This document shows, in pieces, positions 15,679 to 30,910 of a stretch of 64,000 nucleotides of DNA. The stretch comes from Octopus vulgaris (Eukaryota). Both the position numbers and the translations under genes were made by a program. Each line of letters starts with the position of its first letter. The stretch's first letter is position 1. The notes beneath the pieces were generated by a model. The model ran no database searches and had not been told where the DNA came from. It worked only from the letters and a program-made list of their open reading frames with translations. The stretch spans positions 43,338,001 through 43,402,000 of the forward strand of contig OX597837.1 of assembly GCA_951406725.2 (NCBI GenBank), given 5' to 3'.

Positions 15679-17184
15679 CATACATACATACATACATACA
15701 TACATACATACATACATACATACATACATACATACATACATACATACATACATACATACATACATACATACATACATACATACATACATACATACATACA
15801 TACATACATACATACATACATACATACATACATACATACATACATACATACATACATACATACATACATACATACATACATACATACATACATACATACA
15901 TACATACATACATACATACATACATACATACATACATACATACATACATACATACATACATACATACATACATAATACATACATACATACATACATACAT
16001 ACATACATACATACATACATACATACATACATACATACATACATACATACATACATACATACATACATACATACATACATACATACTACATACATACATA
16101 CATACATACATACATGCATACATACATACATACATACATACATACATACATACATACATACATACATACATACATACATACATACATACATACATACATA
16201 CATACATACATACATACATACATACATACATACATACATACATACATACATACATACATACATACATACATACATACATACATACATACATACATACATA
16301 CATACATACATACATACATACATACATACATACATACATACATACATACATACATACATACATACATACATACATACATACATACATACATACATACATA
16401 CATACATACATACATACATACATACATACATACATACATACATACATACATACATACATACATACATACATACATACATACATACATACATACATACATA
16501 CATACATACATACATACATACATACATACATACATACATACATACATACATACATACATACATTCATACATACATACGTACATACATACGTACATGCATA
16601 CATGCATGCATACATGCGTACATACATACATACATACATACATACATGCATACATACATACATACATACATACATACATACATACATACATACATACATA
16701 CATACATACATACATACATACATACATACATACATACATACATACATACATACATACATACATACATACATACATACATACATACATACATACATACATA
16801 CATACATACATACATACATACATACATACATACATACATACATACATACATACATACATACATACATACATACATACATACATACATACATACATACATA
16901 CACACATACATACATACATACATACATACATACATACATACATACATACATACATACATACATACATACATACATACATACAACATACATACATACATAC
17001 ATACATACATGCATACATACATACATACATACATACATACATACATACATACATACATACATACATACATACATACATACATACATACATACATACATAC
17101 ATACATACATACATACATACATACATACATACATACATACATACATACATACATACATACATACATACATACATACATACATAC

Positions 17185-17215
<31 letters not shown>

Positions 17216-17275
17216 CATACATACATACATACATACATACATACATGCATACTTACATACATACATACATACATA
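15015..17275. repeat. ~2.26 kb near-perfect (CATA)n array
   Basis: Visible directly; source of the long MYVC/HTYI ORFs. Confidence 0.98.
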
Positions 17276-17289
17276 TATGCATATATAGT

Positions 17290-17550
17290 GGTTAGAAAAA
17301 ACAACGAGAAAGAGAACATCTGTGGATTATTAATAAGGAGTTTGCAAATCCAGTGCTCAAGATACGCTTTCAACTTTACACCCATTATTCTTGGAGCAAC
17401 AAGAAACATACCAACCCGTCTGGAGCAAAGTATAGCTGATATTCGAATCTCGGGGAGAGAATGCGAAACCTTAATTCATAAGAGAATGCAAACCCGTAGC
17501 CCCCGATATCTGGGATTATAGAAACTTGCAAGAACTTCATATGATTCGAA
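17290..17550 (+). mobile_element. C-terminal relic of an RLE-type (R4/Dong-like) non-LTR retrotransposon ORF
   Basis: EKENICGLLIRSLQIQCSRYAFNFTPIILGATRNIP resembles the EK..Y..L....PIIxGAxG end of RLE-clade ORFs. Confidence 0.55.
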
Positions 17551-17658
17551 GGACGACGTTAATTCAAAATACCTTTTTTCTCAATCTTGCTGCCAAGTCA
17601 AAATTAAAAAAGAGAAACACACACACACATACGTACACATATGCATAAGTACGTACAC

Positions 17659-17691
<33 letters not shown>

Positions 17692-17726
17692 GCGGCGTAC
17701 GTACACTTTGTTCTCTTATATGTAAG

Positions 17727-17757
<31 letters not shown>

Positions 17758-18394
17758 TGCTTAATTTAAAGTATTTAGTGTCAGTCTTACAAATAATAAA
17801 GGTAATATGTATGCCTTTGTATGTTGTATAATAGATTGTGTCTTAAGTTTCCTTCTACATGATGGAGCATGATACAAAAGGTAAAAAGAAATATATTTAA
17901 GAACATGGGGTAAAATTCAGACCCAAGCAAACTTGCATTGGTCGGCCATTTTGTTACAGACTTGTATGAAATGTTTTAAAGGCAACTTCACAATATTTTT
18001 ACCAGTGATGTTATTTATGTTTAATGTTTCTAGTACATTCCTATTGCCATAGAATTCTATAACGAACTGTACCTCCAGTCTCTCTCCCTTTCTCGCTCTT
18101 TGTTCATATATATATGTGTGTGTGTGTGTGTATCCATAGATACATCGATACATAGATACATAGATATATGCATGTATTATAAGAGAAATAACCGCAGGCT
18201 TATGATATTTAAATGTTTATTAGCTTAGAATGTTTAACTATATTTGTTGTATAAACATATAAACATTATCCAACATACCGCATTGCATACACACAAATAT
18301 ACATATATATATATATATGCTTACACTTATAGACACATACCCATAAATGTATTCATGTATCATTTTATGTACGCTATGTTTGTATGCGAGTACC

Positions 18395-18446
<52 letters not shown>

Positions 18447-18580
18447 CATGTATGTATATGAATATATATATATATATATGTATTTATATATACATACACA
18501 CACTTATATATATACATAAACATATATATGTGTACATATTTAATACCGCACATATAATATTTACACACGCATACATATAT

Positions 18581-18635
<55 letters not shown>

Positions 18636-18681
18636 CATATGTATATATATATGTATACATATATACATGTACATATGCTTG

Positions 18682-18741
<60 letters not shown>

Positions 18742-18954
18742 TAGATAGATATCTGTGTGTATATTTCTGTTTAAATAGTCGCATTTATGTGCAGGCTTGT
18801 TTGAAAGAAATTCTTATTTGCTTACGTTGTTTAACGCCCTGACAGAATTGCACAATACTTTCGGATGCAAATAAACATACATGAAACATGCGTATGTATA
18901 TAGATGTGCATGCATATATACATACATACATACACACACACACATATATATACA

Positions 18955-19015
<61 letters not shown>

Positions 19016-19020
19016 GTATG

Positions 19021-19055
<35 letters not shown>

Positions 19056-19378
19056 GTATAAATTCGTGCAAGTGTATCAATGCGCATTTGTAGAAATGCG
19101 CATATTCGCTCTGTCACACACGTAGACTTGTGCGCTGCAGAAAATGAACCGAAAGAAAGAAAAATTGGAAAGGAAAACGAAAGGGAAACGGCAAACATAA
19201 AACTATTGATTGTGCAGAAAGCGAGCGAATGGCGAATTCAGAATAGCAAAAATACCGTAGAAAAACATAAAATAAAATTCTGTGTATTTCATAGCATTTT
19301 CTCCCTCAATTACACCTAATTCGGCATTTTGGCTCCAAGTATAAATACCATTGTGAGAGAAATGCAACATATACCGAC

Positions 19379-19482
<104 letters not shown>

Positions 19483-20011
19483 TTATATATTTATATATAT
19501 ATGTGCATGTGTATATATATATATACATATGTATACATAAGTTTATATATACATATGTATACATAAGTTTATATATATGTATATATACATAAATATATAT
19601 CGATACATACACATATATATATTTAGAAACACACACACACACACATATATATATATGCATAAATATATATATACATATATATATATTCTTTTAGAAGGCC
19701 TTATTATTTTCAATTCTGCTTTCTTCACGTCCAAACACACTGTCCAATTTATAAATTATAACTCTCCACTCTATTTCATATACTTTGAAATAACTGAAAC
19801 CATGTGCGTATTCATACATACATACATATATATATATAAGGTGTGTGTGTGTATAAATATGTGTTATACGAAACAGATACATATCCGAGTGTGTATAGAT
19901 AAACCCACACTGACAAACACACACACAAAATATACGTGCCTGGGAATAGTTCTAGATGCTCGTAATATACTCTGTTTAAATAAACATCCATCGAGCCATA
20001 CGTATATATAT

Positions 20012-20062
<51 letters not shown>

Positions 20063-20476
20063 AAGAGAGAGGGAGATGTATAGTTATATATGCAATCACA
20101 TACACATGTACCCGTATTAATGCGTACATACATATATACATATATATATTCATTCACACACGTATATTTATATATAATTGCGTGTATTATTTGTATCTAT
20201 CCTTCATCATATGCAATATACTTAAATGTAAACTTCAATGCATACGTTGAAGCAAGCGCACGCCTACAAACACAGAGGCAAAGTCAAATGAATACATACA
20301 TAACTATATACATACATACACACGAACGCATATACATTCGTTCATATACACACACATTTGTATGTACGTACGTAAGTACATGTATGCACTTGTGTCCATA
20401 TATATAACTCTATCCATTTCTAGATTTTAATATATTCTGTGTGCTTTGCTTACAGAATATACGAGCATAGAATATG

Positions 20477-20517
<41 letters not shown>

Positions 20518-20644
20518 TGAGAGAGAGAGAGAGAGAGAGAGGAAGATAGATACATGCATACTCAGAAATATTTGGTTATATTTCTAAATGTTCTTAAAAT
20601 ATTCTTCCTATATAAAACTTCCTTTACACATAATGTACGCGCAT

Positions 20645-20680
<36 letters not shown>

Positions 20681-20852
20681 GCGCATATATACATATAGAC
20701 ACGTATGTGAGTGTATACACAGATATATATGGGTACATCCATAAAACATAAATTTACATATATATATATATATATATATATGCTTATATGTTTGTATGTA
20801 CATACATGTATATATATATATATATATACGATCACATACATTTGTGTATATA

Positions 20853-20907
<55 letters not shown>

Positions 20908-21384
20908 TATGCATACACACGCTCCAGTCCATTCTCTTTACGTATTTGAATATTTGTTCCAAGTAAAGTCTTGTTGGTTAACAAATGCTGATGGTACTTT
21001 CTCGTGTTTTCCCCAAAGAAGCCGTCAACATGAAATATGCATCTTTTAAACATCTTCCTGAAATGCAAATAACCCAAGAAAAACTGCTGCTAGGCAAAGA
21101 TTCTCCATTATTTTTACATATATTATATTTCGTCGTTGTCTTCTAAACCTACAAGCAAACAGAGCCGCAATGCAATAACTATAACTACAACAACGCCATC
21201 TTCAGCAGTTGGCAGCAGCAGCAGCCGTGGAAGCAGCACTAGCGCCACCTCCACCGTTACCACCAACACCGCCATTGGCACCAGCATCTTAATAATCTGC
21301 CTCACTTCCGTCATCACGACCAAAACGCTATTTCAGTAATGAAGTATAAGAGGATGATGAAAGAGATTTTATTAAAAAGTATTA

Positions 21385-21730
<346 letters not shown>

Positions 21731-21744
21731 TTACTATTTCTACT

Positions 21745-21958
21745 CTAGGCACAAAGGAAATTTTGGAAATTTTTTTAGGGAAGGAGGCTAAGTCGATTAC
21801 ATCGACCCCAGTGCGTAACTGGTACTCATTTCATCGAACTCGAAAGGATGAAAGGTAACGTCGACCACGGCGAAATTTGAACTCAGAACGTAGCGATGAA
21901 CGAAATACCGCTAAGCCTTTCGCCCGGTGTGCTAAAGATTCTGTCAGGTCGCTGCCTT
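21745..21958 (-). mobile_element. SINE group D monomer, type-2 tail
   Basis: Reverse complement of head and unit, inside (AAT)n/(ATG)n. Confidence 0.85.
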
Positions 21959-21959
21959 A

Positions 21960-22354
<395 letters not shown>

Positions 22355-22540
22355 TCTCAAATTTTGGCACAAGGGCCAGCGATTTCGGGGGAATGGCAAA
22401 GCGATTACTTCGACTCCAGTTCTCTACTCTTACTTATTGTATCAATTCTGGAAATATAAAAGGCAAAGTCGACTTCGACGTAACGTGAACTCAAAAACAG
22501 AATGACGGACGAAATGCCCCTAAGCATTTTGTCTGGTGTG
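22355..22540 (-). mobile_element. SINE group D, diverged, type-2 tail
   Basis: caaattttggcacaagggccagc...aggcaaagtcgac...gacgaaatgcc. Confidence 0.7.
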
Positions 22541-22599
22541 TTGACTTACTGAATATACATATATCTTCCTGATTGATAATAAAATATTCCTCAGTGAAT

Positions 22600-22840
22600 A
22601 CAATGGTTGTAAACGGGGTTTCTATGATTGTAAAGACCAACTTTTAATCAATAAAATTGTTCTTGAGAATTGACACAAACGCCGCAAAAATCTTTCTATT
22701 GCATGGATTGATTTTAAAAAAGCGTTTGACAGCCTTCCCCATAGCTGGATTGAGAAATTCTTGCAAATACATAAAATGTCTCCAGTTATTGATAATTTTC
22801 TGTCGAATAATATGAGGCAACGGAAAACAATTCTTATACC
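22600..22840 (+). mobile_element. R4/Dong-clade reverse transcriptase fragment, decayed
   Basis: Reads GCKRG..CKDQLLINKIVLEN*HKRRKNLSIAWIDFKKAFDSLPHSWIEKFLQIHK with a frameshift; typical R4-clade RT motifs. Confidence 0.85.
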
Positions 22841-23289
22841 GTATTCAGAGACAAGTAATATGAACGATTGGGACTTCGAAATAAACTGCAGCATTTTTCC
22901 AAATTGTCACCACTACTCTTTTGCGTGGCTCCCATTCCCCTCAGTAACCTGTCGAATGGCACAAAACAGGGGTAAATTGGAGACGATAGACAGATCAATC
23001 ACCCCCTTTGCTAATAATAACAACGCTAAACTGATCGCATTTCGCAGTTCCAACAATACTAGTTATTCTCAAATAACCAGAGGCAGATTTTTTAAGAGTT
23101 TAGTAGATACAGAAGATGATATCCCTCCTGGTTCATAGGAAAACTGCCAATTTTGGAATAATACCTGCGGGCAAGAAGTTTCCCAAAACCACGGTGATGC
23201 GTGAGTTCATCCCGTGAGATCCAAACTCCATCGCCCGTGGTCTCCACGACAGGACCATGTACGCATAACAACGGAAGATGTAATTGCAC

Positions 23290-24065
23290 AGGTATCAAAA
23301 CTGCCAAACTGGAAAGCGGTCGGAACAGACGGAATTAAGGGCTACTGGCTCAAGTGGTTTATGTCAACATACAAGTGAACGGCGTTGCAATTAAAGAATT
23401 GCCTACAGAGTGTTGCATTTCCGGAGTGGATTGTAAAAGACAACATTGTTGATGAAAGATCAGTCAAAGAGCAATGACGTTGGCAACTACTGATCCACTG
23501 CTTGATTGCATAGACTTTAAAACGGCTTACGACACGTTGCCGCATTCGTGGATTTTGGAACCACTTGACATGTGTAGAATAGCCGAGAACGTGTGTGTGC
23601 AGTGATTAAGAGATATAGAGAAAACCGGAAATCGAACTTATGACATTACGACCGTGAACCGAATAACCTAACCACTAAGCCATGGGCTTTCATATTCGGG
23701 ACATACCAACTCGCAGTCGACGGATAATCCTAAACTGGAGAAATATGGATTTCAAATTTTGGCACACCACCTGCAAGTTCGAGGAAGAGGTAGGTCGTTC
23801 ACATCGGCTCCAACACTAGAATGGTACTTATTTTATCGATCCCGAAAAGAATGGTAAAGTGGACAGCGGTGGAATTTGAACTAATAACGTAAAGACGGAT
23901 GAAATGCCGCTAAGTATTTTGCCTGGCGTGCTAACGACTCTCGTTTGCTCGTATCAGCTCGTCGCCATATTAATTGACGGAATATTAATGTAAAAGACCA
24001 CCAGGGCAAGAAATGCCTCCTCATCGATGTAACAGTTTTAAAAGACAGCATTTATGTCTTTAAGA
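23290..24065 (+). mobile_element. Second R4/Dong-like relic (RT and RLE pieces), interrupted by a SINE D
   Basis: LPNWKAVGTDGIKGYWLKWF; IDFKTAYDTLPHSWILEPLDMCRIAENV; VKDHQGKKCLLIDVTV (restriction-like endonuclease region). Confidence 0.75.
23748..23967 (-). mobile_element. SINE group D monomer, type-2 tail
   Basis: Reverse complement of head and unit, nested in the R4 relic. Confidence 0.75.
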
Positions 24066-24485
24066 GAAATAATAAAAACAAAAATGATAATAAATGAAAC
24101 AAGATCAACTACAAAAATATAAATATTTCGTAGTAAAAATAACCAAAAAAGAACCAGCATTTTGTCACTGAAGGTGAAGACAGGAATACGAATTAATATA
24201 CTCTGAGACACATCTCAATCTCTTCTGACAGGAATACAGGAACACTGCTGCAAGAAATAAAATAAAGCAGATGAGTCTTGAAATGGAAATCAGGTAGGTG
24301 TGTGAAACGTAAGTAAATCGGTAGATGTAAAAAAAAACAAACATGGCGATGTAGTTTAGAAGGTCATTTAGTAACCACGTACGCGCGGCTTCCGGTTTAG
24401 TCCTACTTCGCAGCATTTTAGGCAAGTGACTTAATGTGAAGGGATTTGATAGACAGACACATACACACACATGCGCACAAACGCA

Positions 24486-24531
<46 letters not shown>

Positions 24532-24569
24532 CTCTCTCCCCCCTCTCTCTCTCTATATATATTATATAA

Positions 24570-24802
24570 AATCCGTTCTGACGTGGTGCGAGATGATGTC
24601 ACTCTCACTGAAGATGCACCCAAATACCACAGTTTAGGGGAAATTGGCTTTCATGATGTCCATCTCACGTCTTGCAGCCTTAACAATCTTCGCAGAGCAT
24701 TGCGCATCGGCCACGATGTCAGTATTTTGATATCCGGCACGAATCATCATGATACAGGTAATTCTTCTACAAAGTTCTGATAGCTCCTGACTCTAAGTCA
24801 TT
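24570..24802 (-). mobile_element. Internally deleted DD37D/maT (Tc1-mariner) transposase relic
   Basis: Minus frame ELSELCRRITCIMMIRAGYQNTDIVADAQCSAKIVKAARREMD joined to MKANFP*TVVFGCIFSESDIISHH, resembling the N-terminal HTH and the KxPxxVMVFG motif of DD37D transposases. Confidence 0.55.
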
Positions 24803-26001
24803 AAATTTTACTCAGCTACATCTTTAATCTTCATGCTCTCCAACGCTGTTGACTGTTCACCAATACATCGAAAAGGAGATACATAAAATATCATCGAATT
24901 TGGCTCTAATACTCTGTAATATAAAAAACAGCTTCCTTGCAGAAGATATTGAAGAAAAATACCAAAAATAGATGTTGTACGTTTGTTGAATTCGGTAAGA
25001 CTACTAACTACATCTTATTTGGATGTAGCAGACAAGTTTCTGCAGAATATATTAAGAAATATTACAGGGTGGCTACTTACGCAGCTGGAAATTAAGTACG
25101 TAGCAATAGAAGAAAAAGATATGTTGGACATATGTCTGAGAGAGTGAAAGAGAATGAAATAATCTGATTATCTGATTTATGAAAATAAATACAGGTAAGG
25201 GAATACGAGTAAGCTACGAGAGGTAGGTTGTTGTAATAAGAGACGTTGTGCATTACTTATTCATGATGTTTGACCCACTGACGATAACATCTCAGTAACG
25301 TTGTCTGGAGATGGAAATTACCAAGTGTAGAAATATCGAGCAATATCGAAGCCAGATAAAAACAAAGAGTTCTGTGTTGTGTTTGGAATCTGAAGAGCAA
25401 CGAAGCGTAAATACAGTGAAGCCAAATAGATATCGGATAATCGAAGAAATTCCAGGTAAATATTCGATGCGTGAAGCTTCTGAAAATAACACTCCTGGGA
25501 AGAACCCATGTTCTGTGTTAAATAATATCAATAAAATAGACAAACTGTAGAGTTATAGCCTGAAATGTAATCAGCCATGGAGTTACAGAATAGATATAGT
25601 ACAATGGGTGTACTCTAAACAAGAGAACGGTGGTGGCAGCGCCAGTGGTGCTGCTGGCGATGGAGGGGGGGTACATCGTGAATAGGATCATGATGGTAAT
25701 GATGGTGATGATGATGACAGTAATGCAGATTTCTATTACAAGTATTAGGCAACACATAAGTGGAAGGTATGGTGGCTTATAGATGCATACATATAGATTA
25801 ACGTATCTATCTATCTATCTGTCTGTCTGTCTATCTGTCTGTATATCTGTCTTTCTGTCTGTATCGGTCTACCTTTCTTTCTCTCTCTCTCTCTGTCTGT
25901 CTGGTGTCTGTCTGCTGTCTAGCTGTCTATCGATCGATCGATCAGTCGAAGATCTGTCTGTCACTCTGTGTATTTATTTGTGTGCTTACGTGTCTGTCTG
26001 T

Positions 26002-26054
<53 letters not shown>

Positions 26055-26148
26055 CCTTTGTCTTTCTCTCTCTCCCCCTCTCTCTATATATTTATATATA
26101 TTTATATATATACATACACACACATACATACATAAATAAATACATACA

Positions 26149-26181
<33 letters not shown>

Positions 26182-26198
26182 TATAACATATATATATG

Positions 26199-26310
<112 letters not shown>

Positions 26311-26865
26311 ATGCATATATATCATAGAACTTGAATAATGGGTTTTGTTCGACTTCATGTTGCCAGGTTGCCAGAATGCTGCGTGGTATATCTTCCAGTT
26401 CTTTGCGTTCTTAGTCCAAATATCGCCGAGGTCAAATTTGACTTTCATCCTTTCGTGGCCAACAAGAGAAAAAAATTACTAAACCAAGGCGGTGTATTAA
26501 TCTAACAGTTGGAACTTCAAACTAGATGCCTCGTGGTATACAAATTCTGATTCCTTGCGTTCCGGGTTCAAACCACGTAGTATCTTACTTACGTGAAAGA
26601 CTTAACACGCACGCCCGGCATAACATCACTTTTTGGTACCTTAGGTGTGCTTAGTGGATCCGGTACTGTTGCAAGCATTCGGATCTGGTTTCTAGTTTGT
26701 GGACACCATTCACGCTCCCTCTTATCTGTCTTCGAGGTCCCATAATGGTCTACGGCACGGTCCTTTGAACAAAGACCCTAAAAGGACGTTAATAAATAAC
26801 AGATATTTTCTGCCGCTTTACGGACTCTGCCTCTTCACCCGCTCTTATTAATAGCAATAATAATG

Positions 26866-27270
26866 GTTTCAAATCTTTGCCTCAAGGGCATATTGGGGGA
26901 CGGGATTAAGTCGATTATATCGACCCCAGTGGGTAACTAGTACTTATTTAATCGATCCCGAAGTATTAAAGGCAAAGTCGACCTCGGCGGAATTTGAACT
27001 CAGAACACAAAGACAGACGAAATACAGCTAAGCATTTCTATTTCTTTACTACCCATAAGGGGCTAAACACAGGGAGGACAAACAAGGACAGACAAAGAAA
27101 TTAAGTCGATTATATCGACCCCAGTGCGTAAATGGTACTTATTTAATCGACACCGAAAAGATGAAAGGCAAAGTCTACCTCGGCGGAATTTGAACTCAGA
27201 ACATAGCGGCAGACGAAATATTGCTAAGCATTTCGCCCGGCATGCTAATGTTTCTACCAGCTTGCCGCCT
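26866..27270 (-). mobile_element. SINE group D dimer (proximal unit type-1 tail, distal unit type-2 tail)
   Basis: Head at 27270; junction cagctaagcatttc/tatttctttac near 27030. Confidence 0.9.
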
Positions 27271-27509
27271 TGCTATAATATAAATATTATTATTGCTGTT
27301 AATGGCGATGAGCTGGCAGAATATTATCAGGGTGGAAGAGACATACGGGTTTCCCTTAATGCTGAAACCTCAGTGAAAAATGTGGATAACTACGTTAACT
27401 ACGTTCTAACTATATTTTTCAACGATTTCCTGAAAAAGAAACGAGCGACAAGCATAACGTTTGTTCTGAATGAAGTTGATTTGCTCAAGAGATTTGCATA
27501 AAAGAGCGG

Positions 27510-27725
27510 TTTTTTTCCACTCAGTCGCTGCAGCATTATTTTCAATCGCTGGAGTTTGCACTTTCCAACATCGAGCATATGTTTGAGCACCGCCTTTAAA
27601 TCGAGCGAATCGACTCCATGACATATTCTTTGTTAGCCTAGTACTTATTTTATCGGTCTCTATTTCCGGGCAGCTATGTTACGGGGTCGTAAACAAACCA
27701 GTACCGGTTGTCAAGCGATGTTGGG
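27510..27725 (-). mobile_element. SINE group C, 3' part
   Basis: cctagtacttattttatcggtctc...ccggttgtcaagcgatg. Confidence 0.65.
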
Positions 27726-28139
27726 AGTACAGTATGAGGTTCATTTGTTCGACTAAACTGATCAAGGCGTTGCCCTAGCCATAACTGAAACAAGTAAAAA
27801 GAAATAGATATAAATGATAATTTCGGTTAATCAAAATCTATCGACTAATTAAGAATGTCATATATAATTTGAGGGACATTTGGTTTATATATTAGCATAT
27901 TGAGTGACTATATGGAAGCTGTATGGAGCCCCCAAAATAATGTCAAGCTAAACTCGTTAGCAACAGGTAATTATTCAAGTTCGAGCGATCCTTGAAAAAA
28001 CGATCGCAATTAGAATTTGTTTGGCCAAGTGAAGTCAGCGCCCGGTACTCACTGATTAACGAAGTCTGACAATGCTTAAAATTCCCTCCCCACCAAATCT
28101 CGATTATTTCAAAACGATACGAAGAAGAGGAGTTCAAAG

Positions 28140-29725
28140 TGCAGTAAAATGTTTTAAAACTTCTGGTTATCTAATTCATAATTTTCAAACTTTGTAAAAG
28201 AAATAAAACACAGCTATTACGCAGAATGTTAAAATACGAGCTCACTAAATCAATTTAACAAAGCTTTTCAACTAAGCATAACAAAATACAGTACAGTAAT
28301 AAACTCAGGCTACACGAAATTCTCAAAGCGGTTTTTTTTTTCTAATAGGAAAATAATAAAATTGAGAATACATAGAGCAACATGTGTAGCTTGTCGTCAA
28401 AATATTCGTGTCGTCAATCGTTTAGGAGAACTCATTAATAAAGGAATGTATTCATCATCCTTTGCAGCTAAATTGAAAGTACATAGATCAAAATGCACGG
28501 CACTTATATAAAATATTATTGCTGTATCCTGAAAGAACAAACTGCGGTCATAAGTAATAGCTAGGTTTCAGTTTGGACGGCGCTACTGATATTGCTTGTA
28601 AGCGCTATCTATGTGTATGCGTTACGTGTATCCATAAACGAGAAAATAAAATTGTATAACAATTTTGGGATTAATTTCTATTGCAGAAGCTCTGCCGAAG
28701 TGTTACGACAAATTGTGTGAAAAAAATTCATCAGTAATGATAGAATTAATATTAAAAACTGTTTTGCTATTGCAACAGATGGAGTTTGAATCCTTTGAGT
28801 TGTTAATAATTCTCTCTCTATACGTTAATGAAATTAGATCGGCCAAACACTGTTCTCATAAAATGCTTTTGACACTCTCTCTCCATTTAATATGTTCCTA
28901 TGTTGCTGAAGAATTTCAATCTAATAGTATTGACTGTATGTTAAGAGGAACTTACAATTGGTTCGGTGCTTCGAAAAGAAACCTTGGTGGAAAAATGTAA
29001 ATCTTTCAACGATACTGAAGAACCATTAAAAATGATTTCCTTTTCGAACACAAAAGGGCTAATGATAAGCTACCGAATAAAGTGAGGGTCGGAAATTTTG
29101 GGGGAGGGGGTCAGTCGATTAGATCGACCCGAGTATGCAACTGGTACTTAATTTATCGATAGCGAAAGTATGAAAGGCAAAGTCGACCTCGGTGGAATTT
29201 GAACTCAGAACGTAGCGGCAGACGAAATACCTATTTCTTTACTACTCACAAGGGGCTAAGCACATAGAGGACAAGCAAGGACAGAAAAACTGATTAAGTA
29301 GATTATATCGACCCCAGTACGTAACTGGTGCTTAATTTATCGACCCCGAAAGGATAAGAGGCAAAGTCGTCTTCGGCGGAATTTGAACTCAGAACGTAAC
29401 GGCAGACGAAATATCTATTTCTTTACTACCGACAAGGGGCTCAACACAGAGGGAACAAACAAGGACATACAAACGGATTAAGTCGATTATATCGACCCCA
29501 GTGCGTAACTTGTACTTAATTTATCGGCCCCGAAAGGATGAAAGGCAAAGTCGACCTCGCTCGGAATTTGAACTCAGAACGTAACGGCAGACGAAATGCC
29601 GCAAAGCATTTCGCCCAGCGTGCTAACGATTCTGACAGCTCGCCGCCTTACTTAGTGAAATATATTAAAATTACACAGTCAGATATTATGCAAATATTAT
29701 GCAAAGAAATTTGATATACTATATC
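28140..29725 (+). pseudogene. Decayed hAT-family transposase, split by a SINE D trimer
   Basis: KLKVHRSKCTALI; LDGATDIACKRYLCVCV; ATDG...NNSL; LIKC..HSLHLICSY..EEF..NSIDCMLRGTYNWFGAS.R (hAT DDE and CxxH motifs), with many stops and frameshifts. Confidence 0.85.
29083..29649 (-). mobile_element. SINE group D trimer (two type-1 units, distal type-2 unit)
   Basis: Single head at 29649; junctions gacgaaatacctatttc (29221) and gacgaaatatctatttc (29405). Confidence 0.9.
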
Positions 29726-29769
29726 TTCAGATATAGTTAATGAGCATTATTTAACCACACACATTATTT

Positions 29770-30010
29770 CACCACGCAGCCGTGTACCTTGGAAAAAATA
29801 ATACCCTAAAACTCTCCAAGTATGTGCTCCACCATGGCCACGATCCTGTCACTGGAATAATTAAAATGTAAAAGAGAACCCTTCACTCAAATAAGCTGAA
29901 TATTTTGTTTTCTGTGCTACGTACCATTGAGTAACAATTAAAATCCTTAGAAATTAATATCCCAAATGCGGATACGAGCGACATTGGTGACTATAGGAAC
30001 AAACGCTTAA
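29770..30010 (+). repeat. Direct duplication, copy 1 (copy 2 at 30903-31127)
   Basis: Shared ctaaaactctccaag, cactcaaataagc, gttttctgtg.tacgtaccat, cccaaatgc.gatac, gaacaaac.cttaa. Confidence 0.8.
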
Positions 30011-30024
30011 TGAAACTTGTATTA

Positions 30025-30425
30025 TCTTTTATCCTTTACTTGTTGCAGTCATTAGACTGCGGCCAGGCTGGGGCATCACCTTGAAAGATTTAATCGAACA
30101 AATCGATCTCATTTATATTTTAAGTCTAGTACTTAAAATCTACAGACTTTCTTTGACGAACTACTAAGTTACAGGGCCTTACTAAACCAGGAGTTAAGCG
30201 GTGGTAATGCAAAAACACAAATATAGTCAAACATGTACACGTACAAATTCGCGCACGCACAAGTATATAAAGCAGGCTTCGACACAGTTTCCATCTCTTA
30301 AATTTGTTCACAGGGCATTGATCGGCTGCAGTTATAGAAGAAGGTACCTGCTCGATTTGCCGTGTAGTGGAACTGAACCTGAAACCACATGGTCGCAAAG
30401 CAAGCTACTTAACCGCAAAGCCATG
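30025..30425 (-). mobile_element. SINE group C, diverged
   Basis: Colinear with the reverse complement of 46911-47345. Confidence 0.75.
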
Positions 30426-30547
30426 GATGCACCGACAAATGCATAAAATACGTGAAAAAAAAGCAGAAAAAAACATCTTGTTCTGAAGAGAAATAACGAA
30501 TCTCTAATATGTACTTTTGTATTCTATTATTCCGTTATTCTTTTACT

Positions 30548-30910
30548 GTTTTACTTGTTTCAGTCATTTGACTGCGGCTGTGCTGGAGCACCACATTAAG
30601 GGATTTTAGTCGAACAAATTGACCCCCAGGACTTATTCTTTGTAACCTTTATACATATACTAACGGCTAAGTTACGGGAATGTATACACACCAACAGCAC
30701 ATGTCAAGCGATGGTGGTGGGCGAGAAACACAAATGTTTACATATATCTATATAAGACAGGCAACCTTCAGTTTCCGTCAACCAAATCCATTCACAAGGT
30801 TTTGGTCGGCCCGAGGCTATAGTAGAAAACACTCGCTCAAGGTACCAAGCATTAGGACTGAACCTGGAACCATGTGGTAGAGCAGCAAGCTTTTTACCAT
30901 AGAGCCACGC
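30548..30910 (-). mobile_element. SINE group C
   Basis: Colinear with the reverse complement of 46911-47345. Confidence 0.8.

Noticed and set aside
14888-17521. Long ORFs of 200-792 aa
   Set aside because: Translations of stop-free (CATA)n. Only the last ~75 codons of 16646..17521 are non-repetitive, and those are an R4-like relic.
25275-25325. CTGACGA...catctc/gagatg...GAAA hammerhead-like motif
   Set aside because: Three extra bases before stem II and no convincing stem I or stem III closure.
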